A stretch of 64,000 nucleotides of DNA from Piromyces finnis finn (taxonomy: Eukaryota; Fungi; Neocallimastigomycota), in assembly GCA_002104945.1 (NCBI GenBank), contig MCFH01000042.1:62001-126000 (forward strand), read 5' to 3'. This document shows, one piece after another, positions 43,738 to 57,067 of this stretch. Both the position numbers and the translations under genes were made by a program. Under the pieces are notes generated by a model. That model was not told where the DNA came from. It saw only the letters and a list, made by a program, of their open reading frames with translations, and ran no database searches. Position 1 is the stretch's first letter, and each line of letters opens with the position of its first letter.

Positions 43738-45312
43738 TCAATTTTCTTCTTTTAATTGTTGTCTCTTTATACAAGTTTTGCATCCAACATGACGCTTTAA
43801 CGAATCTAATCTTCCAAATTTTTTCCCACATAATTCACATTCGTACATTTTTTCTTGATGAATTACTTTATGACGTTCTAAATCATGAGCACGACAGAAA
43901 CATTTCTTACAAACATCGCATTCGAAAGGTCTTGGTCTATTTTTTTCATGAATCTTTAAATGAACTTCAACATTGTAATGTCTTTTTGATTTATAACTAC
44001 AAACAGAACATACATAAAATTTCTTTTTATACTTCTTTTTCTTTTGGTCATCATCACTACTATTTCCCTCATCTTCATCATCACTTTCAGTAATTACATA
44101 AATAAAAGGCTTTCCTTCATTTATAATATTTTCTTTTTCCTTCTTGGTTTTTTTCTGTTCAATTTCTGATTCTTCACAATCCTCATCTTCTTCAATTTTA
44201 CGTTTTTGACTTTTTTGAGCATTTAAATTTTCGTTAGTTATAACTTCTAAATTTAAAGGTAGTGTTTCTGAGATTTCTAGTGTTTGATTTAACAATTCTG
44301 GTGAAAGTTCATTTGCAGTATATGCTATATTTTCCATCAAAATATTAGAAGAAGGAACTTTACTTTCAACAGTTCCAACTAAATTATTGTTAATTAAAGC
44401 TTCTTGTTGTAACTTTATAATTTCTTGGTTAAGTAAATATTCTTCTATAGATAAATCATTGTAAGTAGGATTTACCATATTTAATTTTGGACTTAAATTT
44501 TCATATAATTCTGGACTTGAAATTATATTTGATTCTGGACTTGAGATAATAGTATTGGTTATTGGACTAGATAAGAGGGTACTATTTGGTGGAGATAAAA
44601 TAGTATTCATTGGAGTATTAGCAATGAAATTATTTGGACTTCCATTTAAAAGATTTCTTAAATTCATTAATTCATTTGTTTGTTGATAATTCATTGTGTC
44701 ATCACTACTTTGACTTGTTGGTGAAAATACAACAGGATCTAAAAATAAACCATTTTGCTCTTGAACTGTAAATTGATTAACAGAAAGATTCTGTGAAACA
44801 TAATTATTGCTATTATTTAATAATAAATCACTTGAATTATTGGATAATATGTCATATTCATTTGGGGAAAGTAAATAATTGCTATTTATTGTTTGTCCTT
44901 CATTTATTTTATTTTCATTAATATTTTCTAAGTAATGAGCTAATTCTTGATTTTCTTCATTTATTTTTTGAGTAATTATTACATTGTCTAAGATCTTTTG
45001 TTGAATTATTTCTTTAGCATTTTCTTTGTCTAATGGGCTTAAAAGGAGGGGGTTGATATTTCTTATTGCTTGCCTTGAAGGCGAAGAAGTCCTGGAATGT
45101 AAACAGCTTGCATTTTCATTATTATTATTAAGTTTGTTTTGATTTAAGCTTAAGTTGCTTAAAGTGTTTAAGTTATTTAAATTTGAAGTTAAATTAAGAT
45201 TAAGATTTATTAAATTATTATTATTATTATTATTATTATCAATTAATGTTATTTTATCTTTAATAATTGTTTCAATACTACTATTACAATTATTTTCAGA
45301 ACTAAATAACAT
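43738..45312 (-). CDS. C2H2 zinc-finger transcription factor (three C-terminal fingers, Crz1-like finger pair), intronless
   Basis: CSVCSYKSKRHYNVEVHLKIH, PFECDVCKKCFCRAHDLERHKVIH and YECELCGKKFGRLDSLKRH. Basic NLS-like KKKKYKKK. Asn/Ser/Pro-rich N-terminal region with many SP sites. Confidence 0.9.
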   Translation of the reverse strand: MLFSSENNCNSSIETIIKDKITLIDNNNNNNNNLINLNLNLTSNLNNLNTLSNLSLNQNKLNNNNENASCLHSRTSSPSRQAIRNINPLLLSPLDKENAKEIIQQKILDNVIITQKINEENQELAHYLENINENKINEGQTINSNYLLSPNEYDILSNNSSDLLLNNSNNYVSQNLSVNQFTVQEQNGLFLDPVVFSPTSQSSDDTMNYQQTNELMNLRNLLNGSPNNFIANTPMNTILSPPNSTLLSSPITNTIISSPESNIISSPELYENLSPKLNMVNPTYNDLSIEEYLLNQEIIKLQQEALINNNLVGTVESKVPSSNILMENIAYTANELSPELLNQTLEISETLPLNLEVITNENLNAQKSQKRKIEEDEDCEESEIEQKKTKKEKENIINEGKPFIYVITESDDEDEGNSSDDDQKKKKYKKKFYVCSVCSYKSKRHYNVEVHLKIHEKNRPRPFECDVCKKCFCRAHDLERHKVIHQEKMYECELCGKKFGRLDSLKRHVGCKTCIKRQQLKEEN

Positions 45313-48151
45313 ACGATAATTAACTAAAAATAAAAAGGGGGTAAGTTTAAAAACGAAGTTGCTTTTTTTATAAAGTACTGTTTTTTAAACTTAAATTTAA
45401 TAAATAAAATAATATATAAAAATAACTTTTAGTTGTTTTAATATATTACTTTTTTTAATAAAAAAACTTTTCTTTTTAGTTTTTCTTTTTAAATCACTCG
45501 TATTCACTTCAAAAAAAGAATATATTTACTCTTTCTTTGAAATTTATTATTGTTTTCTTCCTTTTTTAAAATTGAATTTACTTTTACACTAAATTTATTT
45601 TAATATTGAATAATTAAATTAAATTTAGTACTTTTATCGTTTTGAATTAAAATTTTAAAATTACTTTGTTACTAAATAAATATTATTGCTTTTTTAATGT
45701 TTTTAATTAAATCGCTTTTTAAAAATATTATTAATATTAAATATATATTGCTTTTTAAAATAAAAATATATCGCTTTATTCTTTTTTTTTTTTTTTTTTT
45801 TTTTATTATTGTATATATATATATACAATGATATATATATGAACTAGATTATATCTTATTTTTTTACATATATTTCTTTACTAAAATAAAATGAAGTTAT
45901 TTTTTCCTATTTTAAATTAATAAAATAAAAAAAAATGGATATATATAATATCTATATATTATATAGATAAGATATATGAAAATTTACAAACTATTTAAAT
46001 GTAATTTTTTATGGATAAAGAAAAAAAAATAACAAAAGGGAAAAAGATATTTTTATATAATTTAATTTAAATGATTGATGATAATACTATAATATATTAA
46101 AATATATTCTAATATATATAGAATCTTATTTCAATACAAATTATTTTCTATTAATAAATAATAAAGAAATAATAATAAAAAAAGTTGTGGTTTAGTAATT
46201 CTTATATAATATTAATAAAAATTTAACATTATTTAAAAAAAATAATTATAATTAAAGTTTGATATAAGGTGCCAATATATTTTTTATAATATATTAAAAT
46301 ATATAATAAACTATTAAATAATTAAAAATACTTTTATTAAATCAAACATCTCAATTTGAAATTTAATAAATAGGAAAATATATATCATAATATTTTAAAG
46401 TATATTATTTTATATATAATAATATAATATAAATAATCTAAAAATAATTAATCATAAAATGATGATTTAGGATAATTTTATAATTAATATAAAAAATAAT
46501 AAAATCGTAGAATAATATATTGCAGCAATCCAATTTTTTCCTATTTTTTTTACCATACAACATACAACTTTTATGTATTTCAGCCAATAATCGAAAAGTG
46601 AATGAAATAGTAGATTTAAAATAAAGTTTAAGATATTTAAAAATAATTGAGAATTTTAATTTTTTTATCAGAAGTAAAAATGAAAAAATTAAAAAAAGAA
46701 TGAATAAAATAAATGAATGAATGAACTAAAAAACGAATAATGAATATATATAAAATGAATGGATATATATTATAAATAAATAATTAATTAACGAAAAAAT
46801 ACTGATCAAATAATACTATTTATAATGAATCCATTCCATTTAATATACTATTTTAATTCAAATGACAGGTCGAAAATTAAGATTCAATCAAGAAAAAAAA
46901 TTAAAAAAATATTTAACGTTTACTATTTATTTATTAAAAGAAAAAAAAAAGAAAAATCTTTTATTAATTCTTTTGAAAAATATTATTATAATAGTATAAT
47001 TGAAATTAATTATTTTTAAATATTATATTGAAAAATATTTCAGATCAAGATATTTTATAAGTTTCTTTTAACTAGAGGAATAAATCTAAAATATAATTAA
47101 TGAAATTAGTATAATACAGTAATAGTATAATGTTTTTTTTATTTAGTTTTAAATAGTATTATCAAAAGCCTTAATTATATTATTTAGTTTTTCTATACCT
47201 TAGAGTATTAAAAAAAAAAAAAAAACATTTTTTCGATTTATTAATAAATTATATTTTAATTAATTCTAGAGATTTTAAACTCAAAAACGAGTTTAAATCT
47301 ATAACGAAAACTTTAAAAATATATAAAAATTTACATTAAAAATTTTAAATTTCATTTATATTACAATAGATAATTGATGTATACAATAAATTTTAATAAA
47401 TACATGATTTAAAAAATATTAAAGAAAAAAAAACATAACTAACAAGTATTAACAATAAAAATAAGAAAAAACAATGATATTAAAACAATAAAAAAAAGTA
47501 ATAGTAAATACTAATGTAATAGTTTTCATATAATGCAAATATTATAATATTTTTAGTATTCACCTTTATGTTTGAATATAAAGTGAAAAATAGTAAAACT
47601 TTAAATTTTCTGTATTTAATTTAATTAATCATTGATAAATTTTTAATATAATGGATTAAAATAATTTATATATTACATATTATTATTGAAAAGAAAATAA
47701 AATACAGCTGCTCATAACTACCTAAAATAATATATATTACTAATATGATATATTAAATAAAAAAAATATCTTCTTAAGTTTTATTATTTTTTAAATTTAT
47801 TAACTTTTTTTTTTACATTTTAAGAATTAATATTTAATAAAAAAATTGTAAAGCATATATCTAGTATTTCGAATGAAATTTTATAAATGATATAAAACTT
47901 ATAATTAAACAAATATAAATGTAAATATAATAATTATCTATTATAATTAAAATAACATTTAAATATAATCAATACAAATAAGTGAAATATAGATAAATAT
48001 TAAGAATAAAAATAGTAATTTTTTTTTTTTTTTTTTTGTAGAAAAAGCTATAACCTAATTATTTTAATGTTTATTTATCTTTTTAAAAAGAATAATATTT
48101 ATATAGAAAAACTTAATATTACATTCTTTGATTCATTAACAAAAAAACACT

Positions 48152-50479
48152 ATGAATAATTCTAATTCAAACATCAATTTAAGTAAAAGCTTATTCGATA
48201 TTATAAATGGAAATAATTATACAAATTTAAAGGCATTCATTGAAAAAAATCAATTTCCGTTATATGAAGAAAAAAATGTATTAAAAAGTGGTTTAATACA
48301 TGCTATTGAAAATAAGTCTGATAAACGAATTATAGAATGCTTAATTAATAATATAGAAGAAATTAATTACAAAACAGAAATGGGGGAAATTCCATTATTT
48401 TTGGCCATTAAAAAATCTAATTTATACATAGCATCATTGTTATTAAATAAAAATGCAAATATTAATATAATAAATAAAGATAAGGATAACATATTAACTT
48501 ATTTATTTAAAAACAATAGTTTATCAAAAAAAACTCTAAAATTTATATTAAATAAAGGCATAGATATAAATTACAAAAATAAAGAAGGAAAAACAGGAAT
48601 TTATTATGCTGTTGAACATCGAAATGAATCCTTTCTAAAAATAATATTGGAACACTATATATTAAATAATGATTTTATATTAAAATTACTATCACTAAGA
48701 AAAAATAATATAAAACTAGAAAAAAGTAAATTAAAACAACTTTTAGACTATGAATTCTCAAAAATCAATTTTAATGAAAAAGAGATTAATACAAAAAATA
48801 CAGCTTTAATTGTAGCTATTCAATTAGGAAACATATCTATTATTAATAAACTTTTAGAAAATGGTGCCGATGTAGATGAAAGTAATAATGATGGAAAGAC
48901 CCCATTAATTCTTGCTTGTCAATTTAAAAAAGTAGACATTGCCAAGACCATAATATTAAAATATCATGCAAATGTTAATAAAAAAGATGTTGATCTTTGT
49001 TCTCCAATAAATTATGCTGCTGAACATAATTTAATAGAACTAATAAATATATTACTTGATTACGGAGCTGATATCAACAATAAAAACAAATTTGGACATA
49101 CCCCACTCATTACGGCATGCTTAAAAAATAATATCACTCTATCAAAATTATTATTAACAAGAGGTGCTAATATTCATGAAAAAAGCGAAAAATTAAAAAC
49201 AGCAATTATTTATTCTTGTGAAAAGGGTTGTTATGAAATAGTAGATACCCTCATACACAATCATGCTAATATTAATGAAAAAGATAAAGAAGGTTTAAAT
49301 CCTCTTATGCATGCATGTTTTTCTGAACATGAAAGAATTGTTGATCTCTTATTAGAAAATAATGTAATTATTAATGATCAAGATTATCTTGGTTTGACAG
49401 CATTAATGTATACTTGTATAGTTGGTAATGAACGTATTGTAGAAAAACTAATACAAAATAAAGCCTGTATTAACATGAAGGATAATAATAGAAAGACAGC
49501 ACTTATATTTGCTAGTGAAGATGGGTTTTTAGGCATAGTAAAATTACTTATAGAACAGGGTGCTGAAATTAACGATAAAGATATGGATAATTTTACAGCG
49601 CTAATGTATGCAATTGACAACGGATTTACTAGTATTGCTAAATATTTAATTAATCAAGGTGCCACAGTGGATCATAAAAATGTAGAATGTGGTTATTTAC
49701 TTAAGCGTGCAATTCTCAATGGCAATAAAGATATCATTCAATTTCTAATCAATAGTAATGTTAGTATGAATGAAAGAGACAAATACGGAAGAACACCTCT
49801 GTTTTATGCCGCAAATTATGGTTATAGTGAAATTGTGAAACAACTTATTGATAAAGGAGCAGAAATTCAAGCTATAGACAATAATGGAAAAAATGCATTA
49901 ATGTATATATTTAATGAAAATCATGTCAATACTGATGCAACACAGAATTATATTGATGAAGAATATGATGATTTATTTGATGATGAAGAGGAAGAAAATG
50001 ATGACAAAACAGAAACAAATAGTAATAATATATACGAAAATATATTGCATATATTAATTGAAAATGGAATTAACGTTTTAGAAAAAGATGCTAATAATAA
50101 ATCTACTTTAATGTATGCATGTGAATGTAAATATGCGAATACTAATATGATTCAATATATAATTCAGCATGGTGGAATTGTAAATGATAAAAATGATGTT
50201 GGCATCACACCGTTAATGTTCGCATGTATTAATGGCAATAAACATATTATAAATCTTCTTCTTGACCAAGGTGCTTTAATAAATGAAAAAGACGAAACAA
50301 ATAGAACGCCATTAATATATGCTAGTATTTCTAATAATATGAACGCTGTTGAAAGATTATTAAAAGAAAAAGAAAACCTACATATTAGTGAAAGAGACAA
50401 TACCAATAAAACTGCATATGATTATGCTGTGGAAAATGATAATAGCTCCATTCTCTCACTATTAGCACCATATCAATAA
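48152..50479 (+). CDS. Ankyrin-repeat protein, 775 aa, intronless
   Basis: Many G-x-TPL/TAL-x-x-A...IVKLLIE-x-GA-x-IN repeats, with an acidic insert (DDEEEENDD) near residue 610. Confidence 0.95.
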   Translation: MNNSNSNINLSKSLFDIINGNNYTNLKAFIEKNQFPLYEEKNVLKSGLIHAIENKSDKRIIECLINNIEEINYKTEMGEIPLFLAIKKSNLYIASLLLNKNANINIINKDKDNILTYLFKNNSLSKKTLKFILNKGIDINYKNKEGKTGIYYAVEHRNESFLKIILEHYILNNDFILKLLSLRKNNIKLEKSKLKQLLDYEFSKINFNEKEINTKNTALIVAIQLGNISIINKLLENGADVDESNNDGKTPLILACQFKKVDIAKTIILKYHANVNKKDVDLCSPINYAAEHNLIELINILLDYGADINNKNKFGHTPLITACLKNNITLSKLLLTRGANIHEKSEKLKTAIIYSCEKGCYEIVDTLIHNHANINEKDKEGLNPLMHACFSEHERIVDLLLENNVIINDQDYLGLTALMYTCIVGNERIVEKLIQNKACINMKDNNRKTALIFASEDGFLGIVKLLIEQGAEINDKDMDNFTALMYAIDNGFTSIAKYLINQGATVDHKNVECGYLLKRAILNGNKDIIQFLINSNVSMNERDKYGRTPLFYAANYGYSEIVKQLIDKGAEIQAIDNNGKNALMYIFNENHVNTDATQNYIDEEYDDLFDDEEEENDDKTETNSNNIYENILHILIENGINVLEKDANNKSTLMYACECKYANTNMIQYIIQHGGIVNDKNDVGITPLMFACINGNKHIINLLLDQGALINEKDETNRTPLIYASISNNMNAVERLLKEKENLHISERDNTNKTAYDYAVENDNSSILSLLAPYQ

Positions 50480-51132
50480 AATTAATAGTAACGTTTGTTT
50501 ATATTAGTTTTAATAAATTATGTAATAAAAAAAAAACAATTTATATTTATTTTAAAGTTTTGTTCATTAATGTTTTTATTATATTAATTTATATATGAAT
50601 TTATTTCAAAATACAAAAAAACTCGAAATTAAAATCTTCAAACAAAATAACATAAGACATATATATTATTATGGATAAATGTATTATACTAAATAATGTG
50701 ATATGTATGACTTATTTCATTATAAAATATGCGTTTTTGAATATTAGATATTTTGTTCTATGCTAATGTTTTTATAAATTTTTTGTTTTACATATACTAA
50801 CATAACTATCTTTTATTAATATAAGTTCATTATTATATGATGATTTTAAAAATGTAATAACATTTGTGTAAATATTAATTTAAATTATCAATAAATAAAA
50901 AATATCATGTTAATTTAAAGCAATTAAATTATCTTTTAATAAAAGAGCCGATTAATATATTAAATATGTAATTATATTATTTGTGGTTGTAGTATTATTT
51001 ATTTATTTTATTTCATATTAATATATGGTTATGCTTACGTAATTTTTTAAATATGTATCTTGCTTAAACCTTAAAATAAAATTTAGGATGTGTAGTTTTT
51101 CAGAAAAGTCGATTAGAATCTTTTTCTTTATT

Positions 51133-51410
<278 letters not shown>

Positions 51411-51649
51411 AACAAAAGAAACATTTTACTATTATTAAATATTATTTTTATTTATTAAAATATATTATATTTAGTATTGATACATTTACATATTAATAAT
51501 GCATATCTAAACAAGTATCTTTTTTTATACAAATAAATTATTATTCACGGTTAATCTGAAACTTTTAAAATCAAGAATATATTTAAATCATTCAATTATT
51601 AATTAAATTTAATATTAATTAAAATTATAATTGATTATAATTGATGTAT

Positions 51650-52130
51650 TATTGTCATAACCCTAGTATTAATTATATTGTTGTAAAGCTTCAATTGAGA
51701 ATTATTTTCAATATTATATAAAAACTTTTTATTATTACTTTTACTTAAAAAAAGTTCTTTAAATGCTAATAAAAAATCAGATTTTAATTTAAACATAAAT
51801 AAATTATCAAATTCTAATTAATAGTATAATTATTCAACCTATTCACCAACTTCTTGATAAATTGTTACACCTAAATGGTTTAGTTCTATTTTAGTCATTC
51901 TTGCTAATTAATTTAATATACCTATAATTCTTATTGATATATTTTTAATTTTCGTAAAGTCATAAGAAATATTCATGATTCATACTTGATATCATATTGA
52001 TTTTAATTTACCTATTAAAATCTTTAAATGATAATATCATCCTTAAATGATAAATTAGAAGGACTGTGATTATACCAAAATGTAACTTTTTTCCTTATTT
52101 CTAATAAAATTTGGTTTCACAGCTGTAGCA
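51650..52130 (-). pseudogene. Decayed coding-like segment, possibly a transposon remnant
   Basis: Minus frame RMTKIELNHLGVTIYQEVGE*VE*LYY*LEFDNLFMFKLKSDFLLAFKELFLSK is protein-like but interrupted by stops. Origin not identified. Confidence 0.3.
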
Positions 52131-54958
52131 CTCGTTTATGTTTTTTGTTTGTTTATTCTTGGTTAAGGGTTATAGTATTAATATTAAATTTTTGAAGTCA
52201 TAACCCTTTCACCGAATCAAATATCAAAAGGTGATTTTTAAAGGTGTTTTAAAATAATTATTGAAATTATTTAATTATAATTTTTATGTTTAATTCATTA
52301 TAGATATTATCTGAATTTGTTATAAATCTAGTTAGTATCTTCACATCGTGTCTATTTATTTAATTTTTATTAAATTTTTGTGTGAGCAGCGTACTAACTT
52401 TTGATATAATTTGATAATAATCTTAATTTTGAATTTTACTTCAAAAAGTGATTATTATATTATATCTTTAGTTATAACTATATAAGTTATATGAATTAAA
52501 ATTTAAAATTGTTTTTATAAAAATTAATAAAATTGTTTTATTAGAAACATTCGTTTTTCTAATATTTAAATATTTAAAATTTTATTTATTTAAGTATAAA
52601 GTGATTATTAAAATTATAAAATATTAATCTAAACTATATAATATTTCTTTATTAATAATAATAATAATGATTAAAATAAGAATATTTACATGTATTTATA
52701 TTTTCTTTTAAATTTAAACTATTTACATTAAAACAATAAAATTAATAACTATTTACAATAAAAATAATAAAAGTAATTAGAAATAACAATAAAAGAAATA
52801 ATTAAAAGTTAAAGAATATAAAAAGTTGTTTATTTTACAATTAATTAAAGTAATAATTATTTTTAATGTTTTAATAAAGGTGTTTAATTATATTATTTTA
52901 TAACATGAATTATTATATTTGTTTACTTTTAAAGTGTAATTTACTAACGAAGTTATTAAACATTTAATTTAACAATTAATTTAACAAAAGTTATATATTT
53001 TGATCTCGATTAATTAAAGTTTATTATTTTCTTTCAATAATCAAAACATATGCAGTGTTTAGAATTAATTTTATTTAAGAATTTTGGTAAAGTACTTAAT
53101 TAAACTATAACTTGTTTTAAGTTACTTTTAGGGTTAACTTAAAATGTCAAAATCACAATTCATGAAATTTGACATTTCATGAAATTTCATAATTTTGAAT
53201 TATTAGTTAAATTAATTAAAATATTAATTTAATAATATTTTACTAATAATAGTTTATTTAATATAAATATTAATTGGAAAACTATTTATTATCCGGAGAT
53301 AAATAGTGTAACAATTAATTAATATTAAACAAACCAATTAGTAAAATAAGATTCATTTAAATAATTATTAATATTATTTTTAACAACTTATTAATATCGA
53401 TATTTAAAGAAAATTATATTATTATTATTATTATTATATTTTATTAATATTTATATTTATATTATTATACATGTATAACTTAAATTATATTATTATTATA
53501 CTTTATTAATATCAACATTATATTAAAAATGAAAGTATAAATAAGTTGAACAAAGAACAACTTTAAGAAGTTCTTTGTGAGATTATTATACTCATTTTTA
53601 TATAGTAAATTCAATATTTAAAATTAATAATTATCATTTACTTATTATAAAAATTAAATAAAATATTTCTTAAAAAACTATATTTATTACTCTTTTATTT
53701 ATAAAAATTTATTATTTAGCCTATCCTAACCTAGTAGACTTAATTATAGTTCTAAATCCACTCTAACTCTTGACATAAAAATCAGGTATAATAATAATTT
53801 TATATTTATTAATTTCATTATTTATCAACTTGATGCGTTGACCGCTATATTTGTGAATAATATAATGTTTTTAATAAATAATAAATTCTATATTATAATG
53901 ATGAAACAATAAATTTAAAATAAAATAAAATATGTTTTATAATTAACAAATAAATCACTCAAAACTCGAAAATAAACTTTTATTATGTTTTAAATTAAAT
54001 CTTTATTATATTTTATAATTTATTTATTATCTGTTTATGGTCTTTTTATTCTCTATTTATTGTCCGCCCTTTATAAAGAAGAATTTTATCTTCCTTTTAT
54101 ACATTTTCATTTATTACATGTATTATTATTTTTAACTATTAAATGCTATTATTACTATTGTTATTATTTATTAAAATTAAAAGAATAAATTAAAATTATG
54201 TCTTAGTATTATAAAATATTATAGAATATTACTTATTTGATTTTCTTATTACTTCAAAATGTTTAAATTTAGAAAAATTATTATAAATTATCATTGACTA
54301 TCATTAAATGTATAATACCTTGAATAAAATAATTAAAATTTAAAATTAAAATAATATTAAAATAAAATTAAAATAAAAATTTAACAAAATTAAAATATTA
54401 AAAGTATCAATTATTATAAACACTCATTTTATACAGAAACATAAAAGAGTTCTGTATTTTATCTTTAGGATTGTTATTATTGTTCTATTTCCAGGTTTTA
54501 AGTTTATCATTTTAGTAATAATTACTCAATTAGTTATTTTTTTAATTTATAAGTTTAAGAGAATTTCTAAAGAACACTTGGATAAACACTAGAATTAATA
54601 ATTTGATGTATATCATTTTATTTTTAGTTATTTATTCATTTTTATTTATTTATTATTATTTTATTATTTTAGTACATTATTGGATTAAGTCGTTTTATTT
54701 TATTTAATAATTTATTTTATTTAATAATTTATTTTATTATTATCACTATTAGGTCGTTTTTACTCAGAATTTATTATATAATAAAGATAATATTATTTAT
54801 TTAAAGAAAGGGTTATATTTTCATAAAATTATTATTCATTCATCTTTAAGGGTTATTATTGTTTATTTTTATTATAAGTTACTATGGGTTAAGTCGTGTT
54901 TATTCAGCTAGTTTTTATCATGTTTTTATATGAGTAGCGTATCAAACTTTTTCAAGCT

Positions 54959-55030
54959 GGGGATATAACTCAGTGGTAGAGTGCTTGCTTTGCATGCAAG
55001 AAGCCTCGGGTTCGATCCCCGATATCTCCA
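54959..55030 (+). tRNA. tRNA-Ala(TGC), intronless
   Basis: Acceptor stem GGGGATA/TATCTCC, D-loop AGTGGTAG, anticodon arm CTTGC-TTTGCAT-GCAAG, T-loop TTCGATC, discriminator A. 72 nt long and followed by a T-run terminator (gtattttt). Confidence 0.97.
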
Positions 55031-55263
55031 GTATTTTTATTTATTTTATCAAAGCTGATGAATTGTCTCTTGTTATAAAACATGGTATTATTAATTTTTT
55101 TTTTTATTTTTTTAGGAATACAGATTTATATTAAAATTAAAAAAGAATATAAAATATTAAATTTATTTATTATAAGTATATGAAAATAATAACTTTTCAT
55201 TTATTTAAAATGGCTAATGTTTTAATATTTGAATACCTTTTGAAATAAAAAAGACTCAAAAAA

Positions 55264-55294
<31 letters not shown>

Positions 55295-55783
55295 TAAGAA
55301 AAAAAATATTAAAAACAAGTCGTTCTTTGTTCTTTTTATGTATTATGTATTACTATGTATTATGGTGTATTATCTATAAGTAAATCTAATAAATATTGTA
55401 TTTAACAACAGAAATATTCTATTTCTATTTATTTTATAAAATCAATTACTAATTAAATAGTATTTAACAATTAGACTAATATTAAATAAAAATATTCCAC
55501 ATTCATATATACATTTAGACCTTACTTTTTATTTTATTTTATTTTTTTTTTAAATTTATTTTTGATTTCTAAAACTGATTAATATTATTACTATATTATT
55601 AATAATATTTTCAAATTTTATTTATATACATTTATATATAATTAAAAAACTTAGTATTAGCAACTTTAATACTATTTACAAATTATATATTATTAATATA
55701 CATATGAATTTATTTTAAATTTAGAAATTTTAAAATATAAATGAGGATTGTATATACTTTATTTTTATTTAATTTTTTATTTT

Positions 55784-57067
55784 TTATTGACATTGACTGT
55801 AATATTCATTAATTTGCTTACAAGTACCTTGAGAACAACATGATGGACCGTTAAATCCAATACCACCACATTGAGCCCATTGACCAGCACAATTACCACC
55901 TACAGCATTATTTTGGTTATTATTGTTTTGATTTTGGTTTTGGTTATTATTATTGTTATTATTTTGATTTTGGTTTTGATTCCATTGATTATTATTATTT
56001 TGGTTTTGGTTTTGGTTTTGATTCCATTGATTATTATTATTTTGGTTTTGGTTTTGGTTTTGATTTCCATTTGATGAATTTCCACTTCCACCTAAAGCTT
56101 TAATTAAAGCAAAATAAGAATCCTTTGGTTGGTATGTACCATCGAATAAAAGACCTTTAGCAGATCCTCCTAACCAACTATCATTATCACCAACACCCCA
56201 AACTAAGAAGGCTTTACAACAAGAGTTATTCAAACAAGCTCTAAGTGCATCAGCGAAAATTTGTGGTTGTTGAGATTCATTTCCTTCACATTTGACATCC
56301 ATTTCAGTAATATGGACTTCAACACCAAGTTGACAGTATCTGCCAAGAAGACTGTTAACTTGATCGTAAGATGGATGACCATAAGCAGATGTAGAAACGT
56401 GATATTGAAGACCAACACCATCAATTGGGATATTACGAGATTTTAAGTCCTTAACAAAATTGAAAACAGCATCAGTTTTAGCATAAATACCATCAGCACT
56501 GTAATCGTTATAGAAAAGTTTAGTAGATGGAGAGACAGAACGAGCAGTTTTGAAAGCAATATCAATAAAATCTGGAACGTTTTGAGAAAGGAAAGAACTA
56601 CGTAATTTCCAGTTAGAACCAGTAGAATTATCATCAATAGCTTCGTTAACAACATCCCAGGCATCAATTTTTCCATCATAATGTTTTAATACAGTAGTAA
56701 TATGATCAACAATAGCTTTTTTTAAATCATCTCCTCTTAAACTTTCAAACCAAGCTGGTTGATAAGCATGCCAAATTAAACAATGACCACGGAAAGTCAT
56801 GCCTAATTCTTTAGCCTTGGCAAGATGAGCATCACAATCATTGAAATTATAGACACCTCTTTGTCCTTGAATAGCTGGTAATTTACAACCATTTTCAGCA
56901 ACCATGTAATTGAAATTAGATAAAGCACTCATATAAGCACTATCATTGAAATTCAAGGTATTGCCAGCAACACCAATCTTAATGCCATTAGCATGTGACT
57001 TGAGTGATTCATAGGCGAAAGCTGATGAAATCAAAGGGAGAGCAGTTAAGACAGTTGAGAATCTCAT
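55784..57067 (-). CDS. Endo-1,4-beta-xylanase, GH10 catalytic domain + Asn/Gln linker + C-terminal fungal CBM1
   Basis: Signal peptide, then GH10 motifs [20 protein letters not shown] (acid/base Glu), FYNDY, GVGLQYH and HITEMD (nucleophile Glu). CBM1 [35 protein letters not shown]. No dockerin. Intronless. Confidence 0.96.
   Translation of the reverse strand: MRFSTVLTALPLISSAFAYESLKSHANGIKIGVAGNTLNFNDSAYMSALSNFNYMVAENGCKLPAIQGQRGVYNFNDCDAHLAKAKELGMTFRGHCLIWHAYQPAWFESLRGDDLKKAIVDHITTVLKHYDGKIDAWDVVNEAIDDNSTGSNWKLRSSFLSQNVPDFIDIAFKTARSVSPSTKLFYNDYSADGIYAKTDAVFNFVKDLKSRNIPIDGVGLQYHVSTSAYGHPSYDQVNSLLGRYCQLGVEVHITEMDVKCEGNESQQPQIFADALRACLNNSCCKAFLVWGVGDNDSWLGGSAKGLLFDGTYQPKDSYFALIKALGGSGNSSNGNQNQNQNQNNNNQWNQNQNQNQNNNNQWNQNQNQNNNNNNNQNQNQNNNNQNNAVGGNCAGQWAQCGGIGFNGPSCCSQGTCKQINEYYSQCQ

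Noticed and set aside
52101-52112. TGGTTTCACAGC resembling an initiator-Met PBS (TGGTATCAGAGC)
   Set aside because: Two mismatches in 12 nt, and no LTR-terminal CA immediately upstream.
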